A DNA stretch of 64,000 nucleotides from Candidatus Nomurabacteria bacterium GW2011_GWC2_42_20 (GCA_000998425.1 LCDG01000001.1:10558-74557); one strand, 5' to 3'; shown: positions 1 to 10,737, counted from the stretch's first letter. Notes: a model not told the origin generated them from the sequence alone. Program-made: numbers and translations.

Positions 1-2
1 CT

Positions 3-245
3 ATATATTGGGATACACATCAGGCTGCGGTTACGTCTGCTCCGTGTTTTGGATATACTGTTTCTGGATGGAATCCATCATTGAATATAACGACGACATT
101 TTCAATGAGCACACCTGTTTGTGTTACTGTTGAAATTACAAAAAATGTAGCATATCCATTTACAACAATTCGTTCACGCGGGTACAACACTTGCTCTACT
201 ACCGACCCGCGCCGTGTTGAAAGAGGACTTCGTATCGACTACTAG
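3..245 (+). CDS. 3' end (C-terminal ~80 aa) of an upstream gene running off the window start; product unknown
   Basis: Frame 3 is open from position 3 to TAG at 243-245 with no internal stop. There is no start codon inside the window, so it is absent from the ORF track. Confidence 0.3.
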   Translation: MYWDTHQAAVTSAPCFGYTVSGWNPSLNITTTFSMSTPVCVTVEITKNVAYPFTTIRSRGYNTCSTTDPRRVERGLRIDY

Positions 246-2276
<2,031 letters not shown>

Positions 2277-2284
2277 TTCAAAAT

Positions 2285-2761
2285 ATGAACAAAAGAAATA
2301 TTGTACTAGTAATCTTTAGTGTCATCTTTCTGATCGCAATCACTTTTGTTATGTATAAACAAAGTGTGAAAGATGTAGAACAACCTATAGCAGAACAGAC
2401 ACCAATAGCACAAGAAGAAGTACAAAAGACAGATTTTGGTTCAGAACTACCAAGCGATTTCCCAACCGACATCCCCACTGAAGAAGGTGTAGAAGTAGAG
2501 CAGAGTTACAGCTTAAATTATGAAGGACAAAAACAGCTTACTATCGTTTTTCCTTCCACAAAAACAGTCAAAGAAAACTACACTCTCTATGCTGATTTTC
2601 TTGAAAAACAAAATTGGATCGTTTCCAACAAATACGAGAGCGAAAAACTTTCCTCTATCTATGGCACAAAAGAAAGCAATGATATTAATGTGACTATTAG
2701 CCACGACTCCGATGGGGTTTCTGTGAAGTCGCAGGTGAGTATTAGTGTATTAAAGAAATGA
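2285..2761 (+). CDS. hypothetical membrane-anchored protein (N-terminal TM helix, acidic linker)
   Basis: 158-aa ORF with an N-terminal hydrophobic helix IVLVIFSVIFLIAITFVMY. It follows ligA tightly (gap 8 nt) and overlaps the next gene by 4 nt. Confidence 0.5.
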   Translation: MNKRNIVLVIFSVIFLIAITFVMYKQSVKDVEQPIAEQTPIAQEEVQKTDFGSELPSDFPTDIPTEEGVEVEQSYSLNYEGQKQLTIVFPSTKTVKENYTLYADFLEKQNWIVSNKYESEKLSSIYGTKESNDINVTISHDSDGVSVKSQVSISVLKK

Positions 2762-5298
2762 TTAAGAAAATAATTCTCACCACGATATTTGCATTTGCGG
2801 CATTACCTTCCATAGTATTGGCAGCAGTAGGAGATATGGTTACATATAATGTAACAAGCGTTGTCTATCCGTCCGACATTGTCTTTGATGGAACCAATAT
2901 GTGGGTGTCATCAAATGTTAATGGGTTTAGGGCTGCAAAAATCTCACCATCAGGTGTTGCAACATCATATCTATCAATGTCAAATGGCGGGCTTCCTGTT
3001 GGCATTGCTTTTGATGGGACCAATATGTGGGTAGTAGGTTACGTTGGTGATACTGTTACAAAGGTTTCTCCGTCAGGAGTTATGACCGATTATTTTGGTA
3101 CAGGAGCTGGTCCATGGGATATTGCGTTTGATGGTGTAAATATGTGGACAGTAAACGATGGATATACTGCAGGTGGCTACGATCCTTATACAGGTGAAGT
3201 TTATCCAGATACGTATGGTCCAACGAGTGTCACAAAAGTTTCTCCATCAGGCGCAATGACAACATATTATGGCACAGGCTCTTTAGCGGAAGGGATTGCA
3301 TTTGATGGTACAAACATGTGGGTAGCAAACTTTAGCAATAATAGTGTCACAAAAATTTCTCCCACAGGTGCCATGACAACATATACAGGAACTGGTGCTA
3401 ATCCATACCAACTTGCCTTCGATGGAACAAATATGTGGACGGCAAATTATGGCAATAATAGTGTCACAAAAATTTCTCCCACAGGTGCCATGACAACATA
3501 TACAGGAACAGGTGCTGGCCCTTGCGGTATTGCTTTCGACGGAACAAATATGTGGACAGGGAATTATAGCAATAATAGTGTCACAAAAATTTCTCCCACA
3601 GGTGCCATGACAACATATACAGGAACTGGTGCTAATCCATGTAATATTGCCTTTGATGGAACAAACATGTGGACCGCTAATCCGAGCGATAACACCGTTA
3701 CGAAGGTTGTCGCAGTATTACCAACTGGCACTGTCTCTGTCTACTCAAACATCTCATCCTCCTGGAGTATCACTGGCCCAGCAGCAATAACTGGCTCTGG
3801 CACCTCTCAAACATCAGTTTCACAGCCGACTGGGACGTATACTATTACCTGGGGCGCGATAGCTGGGTACACAACGCCAGCATCTCAGTCGTTCACCCTT
3901 ACCTCCGGCGGTACGATAAGTTTTAGTGGTACGTACTCGTTAAATTCCTACACCGTCTCCGCCACAGCAGGAGCAGGAGGTACCATCTCCCCAGCATCAC
4001 GTGTGGTCACATACGGCAACACCACCACCTTCACCGTAACTCCAAACGCTGGCTATACAGCCTCAGCTTCAGGTTGCGGTGGTTCACTCTCCGGCACCAC
4101 CTACACCACTGGAGCCATCACTGGAGCATGTACGGTTAGCGCTACTTACACGGCATCTATAGCTACGCCAACAGCATATATTTCTGCACCATCAACAGAC
4201 ACCTCTGTTTCTCAAAATACAGCAGTTGCTTTTTCTGGTAGTGGAACACCAATTCCTTCTACTTCAATACCAGCAACGCTAACATCTGTAAATGTTGGGT
4301 CAGTACAAAATTATGCCAACATGGCTGGACCATCTGTGATCCCGTCTCTCTGTCAATCTGGGGGATATTCAAGTGGGTATTTAGTAGCAATTCAATATAC
4401 TCCAGGTCAAATAGATTCACTTTTCCACTTTACTTATCAATGCACGAATGATACATACTCCTGCCCAGCCGATTACACGCTATCTGGAACAAATTGTATT
4501 TTTCAACCACTGATAATAAGCTACGAATGGCGTGAAGGTAACTGTACTACAGGAACCCTTCTATCATCTGCGTCAAGCTTTAATCTCTCAACTCCAACAC
4601 AAGGCACTCGTACTATATATCTTCGTGTAAAAGATTCTCAAGGCACCTGGTCAACAAATTGTCCGTCACGTGTTATTACTATTACATCATCCACCCCAAC
4701 CTCTCCCACAATCTCTGGACCCTCCACTTTAGTCACAGGACAGAGCGGAACATACTCTTTCGTATCAACAGACCCACAAGTGGAGCAAATCAGCTATGCG
4801 GTAGACTGGAATTCAGACGGAACAGATCTGTGGATGCCATACGGTTCAGTCCCACCACCTGGGAGTATGACATATGTAAACTCCGGAGTATCACAATCAG
4901 CATCTAAGTCTTGGGCAACACCCGGTACCTACACAGTCAGAGTCCTAGCTCAAGACACTTGGGGTAACAACTCAGCATGGACAACATACACTATCACTGT
5001 GTCAGACCCTCAACCATGTACAGCAGGAGTAGTAGACTCTTCTGGTTCATGGGCTCCAACATGCGCAACCTCTGCAACATGCCTCACTCCACCTGACCCA
5101 TCACAACTCACAAACCAGCCCGGTATTCAAATTGGCCTCTGTCCAACGCCAGAATACACCGGCACTGCCTACCGCGCCTGCTCCACAGCAACCATCACAT
5201 GTACTCCTGCCACCTCCTGTGGAGACAATACCTGCAACGGCTCAGAAACTATCCTTACTTGTCCAGCAGATTGCAAGGGGAGGTATCAGCAGTTCTAG
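2758..5298 (+). CDS. secreted multi-blade beta-propeller repeat protein (Vgb/streptogramin-lyase-like repeats), Thr/Ser-rich linker, Cys-rich C-terminal domain
   Basis: 846 aa; signal peptide MIKKIILTTIFAFAALPSIVLA. There are seven repeats of the pattern ...VTK(I/V)SP(S/T)G.MT.Y.GTGA.P..IAFDGTNMW..N... After them come a Thr/Ser/Gly-rich segment and a C-terminus with many Cys. Confidence 0.7.
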   Translation: MIKKIILTTIFAFAALPSIVLAAVGDMVTYNVTSVVYPSDIVFDGTNMWVSSNVNGFRAAKISPSGVATSYLSMSNGGLPVGIAFDGTNMWVVGYVGDTVTKVSPSGVMTDYFGTGAGPWDIAFDGVNMWTVNDGYTAGGYDPYTGEVYPDTYGPTSVTKVSPSGAMTTYYGTGSLAEGIAFDGTNMWVANFSNNSVTKISPTGAMTTYTGTGANPYQLAFDGTNMWTANYGNNSVTKISPTGAMTTYTGTGAGPCGIAFDGTNMWTGNYSNNSVTKISPTGAMTTYTGTGANPCNIAFDGTNMWTANPSDNTVTKVVAVLPTGTVSVYSNISSSWSITGPAAITGSGTSQTSVSQPTGTYTITWGAIAGYTTPASQSFTLTSGGTISFSGTYSLNSYTVSATAGAGGTISPASRVVTYGNTTTFTVTPNAGYTASASGCGGSLSGTTYTTGAITGACTVSATYTASIATPTAYISAPSTDTSVSQNTAVAFSGSGTPIPSTSIPATLTSVNVGSVQNYANMAGPSVIPSLCQSGGYSSGYLVAIQYTPGQIDSLFHFTYQCTNDTYSCPADYTLSGTNCIFQPLIISYEWREGNCTTGTLLSSASSFNLSTPTQGTRTIYLRVKDSQGTWSTNCPSRVITITSSTPTSPTISGPSTLVTGQSGTYSFVSTDPQVEQISYAVDWNSDGTDLWMPYGSVPPPGSMTYVNSGVSQSASKSWATPGTYTVRVLAQDTWGNNSAWTTYTITVSDPQPCTAGVVDSSGSWAPTCATSATCLTPPDPSQLTNQPGIQIGLCPTPEYTGTAYRACSTATITCTPATSCGDNTCNGSETILTCPADCKGRYQQF
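3290..3700 (+). repeat. three near-identical ~120-bp tandem DNA repeats inside the propeller gene (blade duplications)
   Basis: The unit agcaataatagtgtcacaaaaatttctcccacaggtgccatgacaacatatacaggaac... recurs at about 3334, 3454 and 3571, with a period of 117-120 bp. Confidence 0.6.
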
Positions 5299-5320
5299 GG
5301 GTGGGGACGAAAGTGACATA

Positions 5321-5358
5321 ACACGAGAACGCCTCTCGCACGAGAGGCGTTCTCGTGT
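5321..5358 (+). terminator. perfect 18-bp-stem palindromic hairpin downstream of the propeller gene (intrinsic terminator-like)
   Basis: acacgagaacgcctctcg-ca-cgagaggcgttctcgtgt; it lies 23 nt after the stop at 5298. Confidence 0.55.
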
Positions 5359-5371
5359 TAGAATATCAGGC

Positions 5372-5656
5372 ATGGCTATTGAACTAAAGGATATTGAGCA
5401 CCTTGCTGGGCTCGCTCGAATCGCAGTTTCAGATAATGAGAAAAAAACACTTCAGCATGATTTGGAGGATATTTTGGCCTATGTGTCGCAAATATCAAAC
5501 GAAGGGTACGATATTGGCATGCCAGAAGTTGGAGAACCTCGCAATGTAATGCGCGCAGATGATGAACCACATGAGTCAGGAATGTTTACTGAGGACATTC
5601 TTGCGCAAGCACCTGTTCGAGATGGTAATCGAGTATTCGTAAAGAAAATATTGTAA
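5372..5656 (+). CDS. gatC: Asp-tRNA(Asn)/Glu-tRNA(Gln) amidotransferase subunit C
   Basis: 94 aa MAIELKDIEHLAGLARIAVSDNEKKTLQHDLEDILAYVSQI..., matching the GatC family. It sits immediately upstream of gatA. The longer track ORF starting at 5132 crosses the terminator palindrome and is not coding. Confidence 0.85.
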   Translation: MAIELKDIEHLAGLARIAVSDNEKKTLQHDLEDILAYVSQISNEGYDIGMPEVGEPRNVMRADDEPHESGMFTEDILAQAPVRDGNRVFVKKIL

Positions 5657-5659
5657 GTT

Positions 5660-7147
5660 ATGGATGCTAAAAATCTTACTATCAAGCAAGCACACGAGCT
5701 ACTCATTAGTAAAAAAATGAGCGTGCTTGAACTTGTGGAAGCAGTACTCAAAGTAGCAGATGGAGCGCGCGACCTTAATGCGTATCTTGAAATTTTTGAT
5801 GATGTGCGAGAGCAGGTTGAAGTTGCACAGAAAATGATAGATGATGGACGCTCAACAATGATGACAGGCATTCCTATCGCCATGAAGGATAATATTTTGA
5901 TCAAGGGCAAAATAGCGAGTGCGTCTTCAAAAATGCTTGAGAATTACACAGCAACATATGATGCGTTCGTGACAAAAAAACTTCGTGATGCTGGAGCTGT
6001 ATTCATTGGCCGTACAAACATGGACGAGTTTGCAATGGGGGGCTCGACAGAGAATTCTGCTTTTGGTGTAACAAAAAACCCACATGACAAAACACGTGTG
6101 CCAGGTGGCTCATCAGGCGGTTCTGCAGCAGCGCTGGCTTCTGGTTCTGCGCTTGGGGCGCTTGGTACAGACACTGGAGGTTCTATTCGCCAACCAGCAG
6201 CTTTTTGTGGAGTGGTTGGACTCAAGCCAACATACGGCAGTGTGTCACGCTCTGGAATTATTGCAATGGCGAGCTCGCTGGACCAAGCCGGCCCATTTGC
6301 GAAAACAGTCGAAGATGCAGAAATTATTTTTGATTGCATAAAAGGGTATGATCCAATGGATAGCACATCTGAACCAGCAGGCGAATCACCAGATTTCGTG
6401 TCGTCGGACGAACGTCTTGGACGCAACCCTGACAATCTTGCTAAAAAAGAACCTAAGAAACCGAAGGTAATTGGTGTACCAACAGAGTTTGTGAATGCAA
6501 AAGGAGTTGATCCGCGTGTTTTGAAAAATTTTGAGGAGTCAATCGAGAAGATGAAAAAGTTAGGGTATGAAGTAAAGGAAATTAACCTAGCTTCCCTCAA
6601 GCAAGGTCTGTCTATTTACTATATTTTGATGCCTGCTGAAGTTTCTTCAAATCTCGCGCGCTTTGATGGTGTGCGTTATGGATACCATGCAAACGGCGCA
6701 AACTTACTTGATGATTATATGCGCTCTCGTGGCGAGGGGTTTGGTGGCGAAGTACGCCGTCGCATTCTCCTCGGCACCTACGTGCTTTCTTCTGGCTACT
6801 ACGACGCGTATTACAGCAAAGCTGTTGCTGCTCGAGAGGTCATCAAGAAAACACTGGAAGTGGCATTTCGAGATGTTGATATTATTGCAACACCTACCAC
6901 CCCCACACCAGCATTCAGAATCGGTGAAAAGTCGAGTGACCCATTACAGATGTACCTTGCAGATATTTTTACTGTACCAGTGAATATTGCTGGAGTCCCA
7001 GCTATTTCAATACCGTCTGGTTTTGTTGAAGAAGGGGATGCTCTACTCCCGCTAGGGATTCAATTCATTGCGCCACATTTTGGCGAGGATGCACTTTTTG
7101 CAACAGGGAAGGACTTTGAAAAAATGCTTGGAGATAATAATATTTAA
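5660..7147 (+). CDS. gatA: Glu-tRNA(Gln) amidotransferase subunit A (amidase family)
   Basis: 495 aa; amidase signature GGSSGGSAAALASG; 3 nt after gatC. Confidence 0.95.
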   Translation: MDAKNLTIKQAHELLISKKMSVLELVEAVLKVADGARDLNAYLEIFDDVREQVEVAQKMIDDGRSTMMTGIPIAMKDNILIKGKIASASSKMLENYTATYDAFVTKKLRDAGAVFIGRTNMDEFAMGGSTENSAFGVTKNPHDKTRVPGGSSGGSAAALASGSALGALGTDTGGSIRQPAAFCGVVGLKPTYGSVSRSGIIAMASSLDQAGPFAKTVEDAEIIFDCIKGYDPMDSTSEPAGESPDFVSSDERLGRNPDNLAKKEPKKPKVIGVPTEFVNAKGVDPRVLKNFEESIEKMKKLGYEVKEINLASLKQGLSIYYILMPAEVSSNLARFDGVRYGYHANGANLLDDYMRSRGEGFGGEVRRRILLGTYVLSSGYYDAYYSKAVAAREVIKKTLEVAFRDVDIIATPTTPTPAFRIGEKSSDPLQMYLADIFTVPVNIAGVPAISIPSGFVEEGDALLPLGIQFIAPHFGEDALFATGKDFEKMLGDNNI

Positions 7148-7150
7148 CGT

Positions 7151-7810
7151 ATGGCAGAACACGCACCAGCTCCAAAGGATACAATGTTTCGCGATGCAGC
7201 GATTGTTGTCACAGCGCTTGTTTTGATGTATGTGAGTACCAACATTACACCAGTCAGTCTCGAGACTGTAGTTTCAGGGGAAATGATGTCCAACGTGCTT
7301 TCATTTTTTGGTATTGATGCTAGGTTAACTACTGCTCAAAATATCGTGCTTTCTTTGCAAAATACATTTGCAGTGCTCGGTATAGTATTTCTAGCGGGTG
7401 CTTTTTGGGCGACATTAAAAATTCGTGAAGTCCACCATGCAGAGCATGAAAAATACGAACCTGTTCATCACGAAAAGACTGTCGAAAAACAGGCAATCGC
7501 CCAGTGGCAGGTGATATTGGACCACGTAAACTCAGAAAACCCTGCCGAATGGAAGCTGGCAATTCTAGAGGCAGATAACATTCTTAATGAGGTTCTTGAT
7601 GATCAAGGATATCTTGGAACGACAGTTGCCGACAAATTGAAAACAATGAGCTCTACCAGGATATCGTCATATAATGAGGTGTGGGATGCGCACAGACTTC
7701 GCAATCAGATCGCACACGGTGGCGCTATTGATATGGAGCTTACTCAAAAAATGGCACGAAACGCTGTGTCGCAGTTCGGAAACGCCTTTAAGGAGCTTGG
7801 ATATCTGTAG
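7151..7810 (+). CDS. hypothetical membrane protein
   Basis: 219-aa ORF with two predicted TM helices, starting 3 nt after gatA. Confidence 0.5.
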   Translation: MAEHAPAPKDTMFRDAAIVVTALVLMYVSTNITPVSLETVVSGEMMSNVLSFFGIDARLTTAQNIVLSLQNTFAVLGIVFLAGAFWATLKIREVHHAEHEKYEPVHHEKTVEKQAIAQWQVILDHVNSENPAEWKLAILEADNILNEVLDDQGYLGTTVADKLKTMSSTRISSYNEVWDAHRLRNQIAHGGAIDMELTQKMARNAVSQFGNAFKELGYL

Positions 7811-7914
7811 GGTAGAATATTGAAATGAGAATACAGAATGCAGAATGTTTAAACAGAAGTGGATACGGCGGCTATTGCAAAATTTAACATAAATGTTATT
7901 ATACAAATTCATAT

Positions 7915-7985
7915 AGCGGGGTAGAGAAGCGGTATCTCATCAGGCTCATAACCTGAAGACGCCCGTTCGATTCGGGCCCCCGCAA
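7915..7985 (+). tRNA. tRNA-Met (anticodon CAU; a 1:72 mismatch suggests the initiator type)
   Basis: Cloverleaf: D-stem gaga/tctc, anticodon stem tcagg/cctga with loop cTCATaa, T-arm gcccg-ttcgatt-cgggc. No CCA is encoded. Confidence 0.7.
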
Positions 7986-8026
7986 CACGAAAATTACAAA
8001 AATGCCGGCAGCTAGAATAAGATAAT

Positions 8027-8103
8027 GTCGGCGTAGCTCAGTTGGTTAGAGCATGGCACTCATAAAGCCAAGGTCGGTGGTTCGATCCCACCCGTCGACA
8101 CCA
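8027..8103 (+). tRNA. tRNA with CAU anticodon (elongator Met or lysidine-modified Ile2); CCA encoded
   Basis: Acceptor gtcggcg/cgtcgac, D-arm tagctcagttggttagagc, anticodon loop cTCATaa, T-arm ggtgg-ttcgatc-ccacc, followed by the 3' terminal sequence a-cca. Confidence 0.8.
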
Positions 8104-8136
8104 GAAAAACTCATTGATGAGTTTTTCTGGTGTCGA
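8095..8136 (+). terminator. perfect hairpin overlapping the 3' end of the tRNA (tRNA-processing/terminator structure)
   Basis: tcgacaccagaaaaactcat-tg-atgagtttttctggtgtcga. Confidence 0.45.
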
Positions 8137-8274
8137 AATTCAAATCAAATACATGATTTGTTCTGGTGGGATAAGTCCCTGTGTCCAAGACACGATTCAG
8201 CTGAATCGCCGTCGACACCCGCAGGTTTGTTTTGCGGACAGTTTCCTGTTAGAATGCGCATGTGAGAAAAATTT

Positions 8275-8348
8275 GCGGTCGTAGCTCAGCTGGTTAGAGC
8301 GCCCGCCTGTCACGCGGGAGGTCGTGGGTTCAAGTCCCATCGACCGCG
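8275..8348 (+). tRNA. tRNA-Asp (GUC)
   Basis: Perfect acceptor gcggtcg/cgaccgc, anticodon arm cccgc-ctGTCac-gcggg, T-arm gtggg-ttcaagt-cccat. Confidence 0.85.
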
Positions 8349-8349
8349 C

Positions 8350-8397
8350 AAATACAAAAATTACCTAACGCTGCTGCGCTGGGTAATTTTTGTATTT
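8350..8397 (+). terminator. 16-bp AT-rich perfect hairpin after tRNA-Asp
   Basis: aaatacaaaaattacc ... ggtaatttttgtattt. Confidence 0.4.
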
Positions 8398-8514
8398 AGG
8401 ATTGAAAAAATGGGCTAAATAGTGTATCGTGTCGAAGTGTCAGTGAGCCGATGTAGGTGTTTTGGTAGGTCTGCAAGAAGACAATAACTGTCTGTGATGT
8501 GCGAATAAAAATAA

Positions 8515-8590
8515 GCCGATGTAGCTCAGTTGGTAGAGTGCGTCCTTGGTAAGGACGAGGTCTCCGGTTCAATCCCGGACATCGGCTCCA
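8515..8590 (+). tRNA. tRNA-Thr (GGU); CCA encoded
   Basis: Acceptor gccgatg/catcggc, anticodon arm cgtcc-ttGGTaa-ggacg, T-arm ccggttcaatcccgg, 3' t-cca. Confidence 0.85.
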
Positions 8591-8663
8591 AATAAGATTT
8601 AGTTTAATTAACGACCACATTCTAGATTTGCTATTGGTCTGCGTGCTGTGTATAATTTAGCGT

Positions 8664-9116
8664 ATGTCTAATCTAAAAATGCCAAGGGGTGAGTGCCAGA
8701 ATTGTGGTGGGGAGCCCGCACGTGCAGGGTATAAATATTGTAGTAATGTTTGTCAGCTTGCGTACCAGCATAAATCGTATATTATAGACTGGAAGGCTGG
8801 AACGGTTAGCGGGTTATCTAGTCTTGGGACAGTGTCCACTCATATCAAACGCTACTTGCGAGAAAAGTATGGGAATAGATGTGTCATTTGTAGTTGGGCG
8901 CAGGTTAATGTTAAGACAGGTCAGGTTCCTCTTGTTGCAGATCATATTGATGGGAAATGGCGCAATAATACTGAAAGTAACCTGCGTCTAATATGTCCAA
9001 ATTGTGATGCAATTTCCCCAACGTATGCCGCATTAAATAAAGGTAATGGACGGATTAATCGCGTGCAGAGCCGAAGATCGCAGGAAGCTCGTTTGTTAGT
9101 AAAAAAGAAGGTGTAA
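8664..9116 (+). CDS. HNH-family endonuclease (Cys-rich Zn-finger plus HNH motif) embedded in the tRNA cluster
   Basis: 150 aa; two CxxC pairs at the N-terminus, then ...VADHIDGKWRNNTESNLRLICPNCDA... (H-N-H with a CxxC clamp). The stop lies 2 nt before the next tRNA. Confidence 0.7.
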   Translation: MSNLKMPRGECQNCGGEPARAGYKYCSNVCQLAYQHKSYIIDWKAGTVSGLSSLGTVSTHIKRYLREKYGNRCVICSWAQVNVKTGQVPLVADHIDGKWRNNTESNLRLICPNCDAISPTYAALNKGNGRINRVQSRRSQEARLLVKKKV

Positions 9117-9117
9117 G

Positions 9118-9191
9118 CCGACCTAGCTCAATTGGTAGAGCAACGGTATCGTAAACCGTAGGTTCCGGGTTCAATTCCCGGGGTTGGCTCA
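9118..9191 (+). tRNA. tRNA-Thr (CGU)
   Basis: Acceptor gccgacc/ggttggc (one G-U pair), anticodon arm acggt-atCGTaa-accgt, T-arm ccgggttcaattcccgg. Confidence 0.85.
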
Positions 9192-9195
9192 AAGA

Positions 9196-9234
9196 AAAAG
9201 AACGAGGCAAAGTTTGCCTCGTTCTTGTTTTGAT
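9196..9234. terminator. bidirectional intrinsic terminator between the tRNA cluster (+) and the NUDIX gene (-)
   Basis: agaacgaggca-aagtt-tgcctcgttct followed by tgttttg, with an A-run on the other side. Confidence 0.7.
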
Positions 9235-9707
9235 CACAATGAATGAATTTTTTTTAGTCCCTCTCTCAACATTATGAAATGAGGGTGAAGCATTATCTTC
9301 GGTGTTACTTCATCTATTGTGAATTCATGCGCAATTAAAACAGCATCACTGTCCTCCTCTTTGGTTGGTCCAGTATTCAAATTCGAAAAGTCGTCTACAA
9401 ACCCTCCAAAAACATGATAGTAGTGGGGGTTTTTGTTTCTCGATAATATCCTCATTAAGAAGACCACAGAATTTTGATCAAGCTGTATGCCAGTTTCCTC
9501 GCCAACTTCGCGCACGAATGCATTCATCGGCAGTTCGTTATTTTCGGTTTTTATAGTCCCCCCAGGAATCCTCCATTTCGGATCCTTATGCTGAATGTTT
9601 TTAACAAGAATGATTTTTCCTGTTTGTACACTCAACACAATTCCTAACGCTACACCATCGTTTTGATTGATTCCTTGGTTTTTATGGTTCAAAATAAACC
9701 TCCACAT
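9234..9707 (-). CDS. NUDIX hydrolase
   Basis: 157 aa; Nudix box PGGTIKTENNELPMNAFVREVGEETGIQL (GX5EX7REVXEEXGI). Confidence 0.8.
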   Translation of the reverse strand: MWRFILNHKNQGINQNDGVALGIVLSVQTGKIILVKNIQHKDPKWRIPGGTIKTENNELPMNAFVREVGEETGIQLDQNSVVFLMRILSRNKNPHYYHVFGGFVDDFSNLNTGPTKEEDSDAVLIAHEFTIDEVTPKIMLHPHFIMLREGLKKIHSL

Positions 9708-9834
9708 TCATTTTAAAAAACATTAATCAAATATTGCTGACTTAAAAGTAACTAATTCTAATTCTTAACTTTTTTAATTATAGCAATAATAATACTGTTT
9801 GTCAACAGTATTGCAGAATGATATACTCAGCTTA

Positions 9835-10725
9835 ATGATTTTAACAAAAGAAGAAATGCGTGCAAAAATAAATGATCTCGAGGCTAGTATGTCCGATGTT
9901 GATTTTTGGACGGACAAGACTAAGGCACAGGCTGTTATAAAGGAAATTGCAGAGCTTAAAGAAAAAATTGCCGGTGTCGGCAAATATGATCGCGGTAATG
10001 CAGTAATGACTATTTTCTCCGGCGCAGGCGGGGATGACTCGGAAGATTTTTCTGGAATGCTCCTTCGTATGTACTTGAAGTTTTTTGAAAAGCAAAATTT
10101 TGAAGCAAAGCTTCTTCACGAAAATAAGAACGACCATGGTGGATATCGCAATATCACACTCGAAATCCATGGGAAAAATGCATACGGAATGCTAAAAAAT
10201 GAATCAGGTGTCCACCGTCTTGTTCGTATTTCGCCATTCAACGCAAAGAAGCTTCGGCATACATCGTTTTCAATGGTTGAAGTTATTCCAGATTTCAGGG
10301 ATAGCGGAAGTGATGAGATGGTTATTCCTGCTGATGATATAAAGATTGAGTTTAGTCGTTCGTCTGGTCCTGGTGGGCAAAATGTAAACAAGCGCGAGAC
10401 TGCAGTGCGTGTGGTACACGTTCCCACAGGAATAGCCGTGCATGTCGAAACCGAGCGCTCTCAGGAGCAAAATCGTGAAAAGGCAATTCAGATACTAAAA
10501 GGAAAACTCTTTAAAAAACAGGACGATGAAAGAAAGGCAACTGAGAGTGGCATGTATATCAGTAAGACTACAGAAATAGAATGGGGGAATCAAATTCGCT
10601 CATATGTACTTCACCCGTACAAGATGGTGAAGGATCATCGTACTAATGTAGAGACATCAAACGTTGACGCAGTGTTAGAAGATGGCGAGATAATGCAATT
10701 CATTGAAGCAGAACGTGATTTATAA
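9835..10725 (+). CDS. prfB: peptide chain release factor 2 (single frame, no programmed frameshift; short domain 1)
   Basis: SPF tripeptide in RISPFNAKKLRHTSF, GGQ in SSGPGGQNVNKRETAVRV. The ATG at 9835 is in frame; an alternative TTG lies at 9799. No CUU-UGA slippery site was found upstream. Confidence 0.85.
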   Translation: MILTKEEMRAKINDLEASMSDVDFWTDKTKAQAVIKEIAELKEKIAGVGKYDRGNAVMTIFSGAGGDDSEDFSGMLLRMYLKFFEKQNFEAKLLHENKNDHGGYRNITLEIHGKNAYGMLKNESGVHRLVRISPFNAKKLRHTSFSMVEVIPDFRDSGSDEMVIPADDIKIEFSRSSGPGGQNVNKRETAVRVVHVPTGIAVHVETERSQEQNREKAIQILKGKLFKKQDDERKATESGMYISKTTEIEWGNQIRSYVLHPYKMVKDHRTNVETSNVDAVLEDGEIMQFIEAERDL

Positions 10726-10737
10726 TATACTTAACCG

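Noticed and set aside
3290-3700. Tandem ~120-bp repeats considered as a possible CRISPR or other non-coding array
   Set aside because: The repeats are in frame inside a continuous ORF and encode propeller blades. The period is too long and there are no variable spacers, so this is not CRISPR.
5132-5371. N-terminal 80-codon extension of the gatC ORF in the six-frame track (MASVQRQNTPALPTAP...)
   Set aside because: The extension overlaps the 3' end of the upstream gene and runs straight through the perfect 38-nt terminator palindrome at 5321-5358. GatC homology begins at the internal Met (5372). It is an artefact of open frame.
8053-8265. 70-aa + ORF, plus - ORFs 8396-8620, 9055-9237 and 15922-16155, overlapping tRNA genes
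   Set aside because: These are translations of tRNA sequences and their flanking hairpins (for example ...CPGLNRRPRPYQGRTLPTELH is a typical reversed-tRNA reading). There is no coding signal.
9762-9835. Searched for the canonical prfB +1 frameshift (CUU UGA C with an upstream SD-like element)
   Set aside because: No CTTTGA present. The -1 frame upstream has no ATG and ends at TGA 9819-9821 without a slippery context. The main frame is open from 9793, with TTG 9799 and ATG 9835 available.
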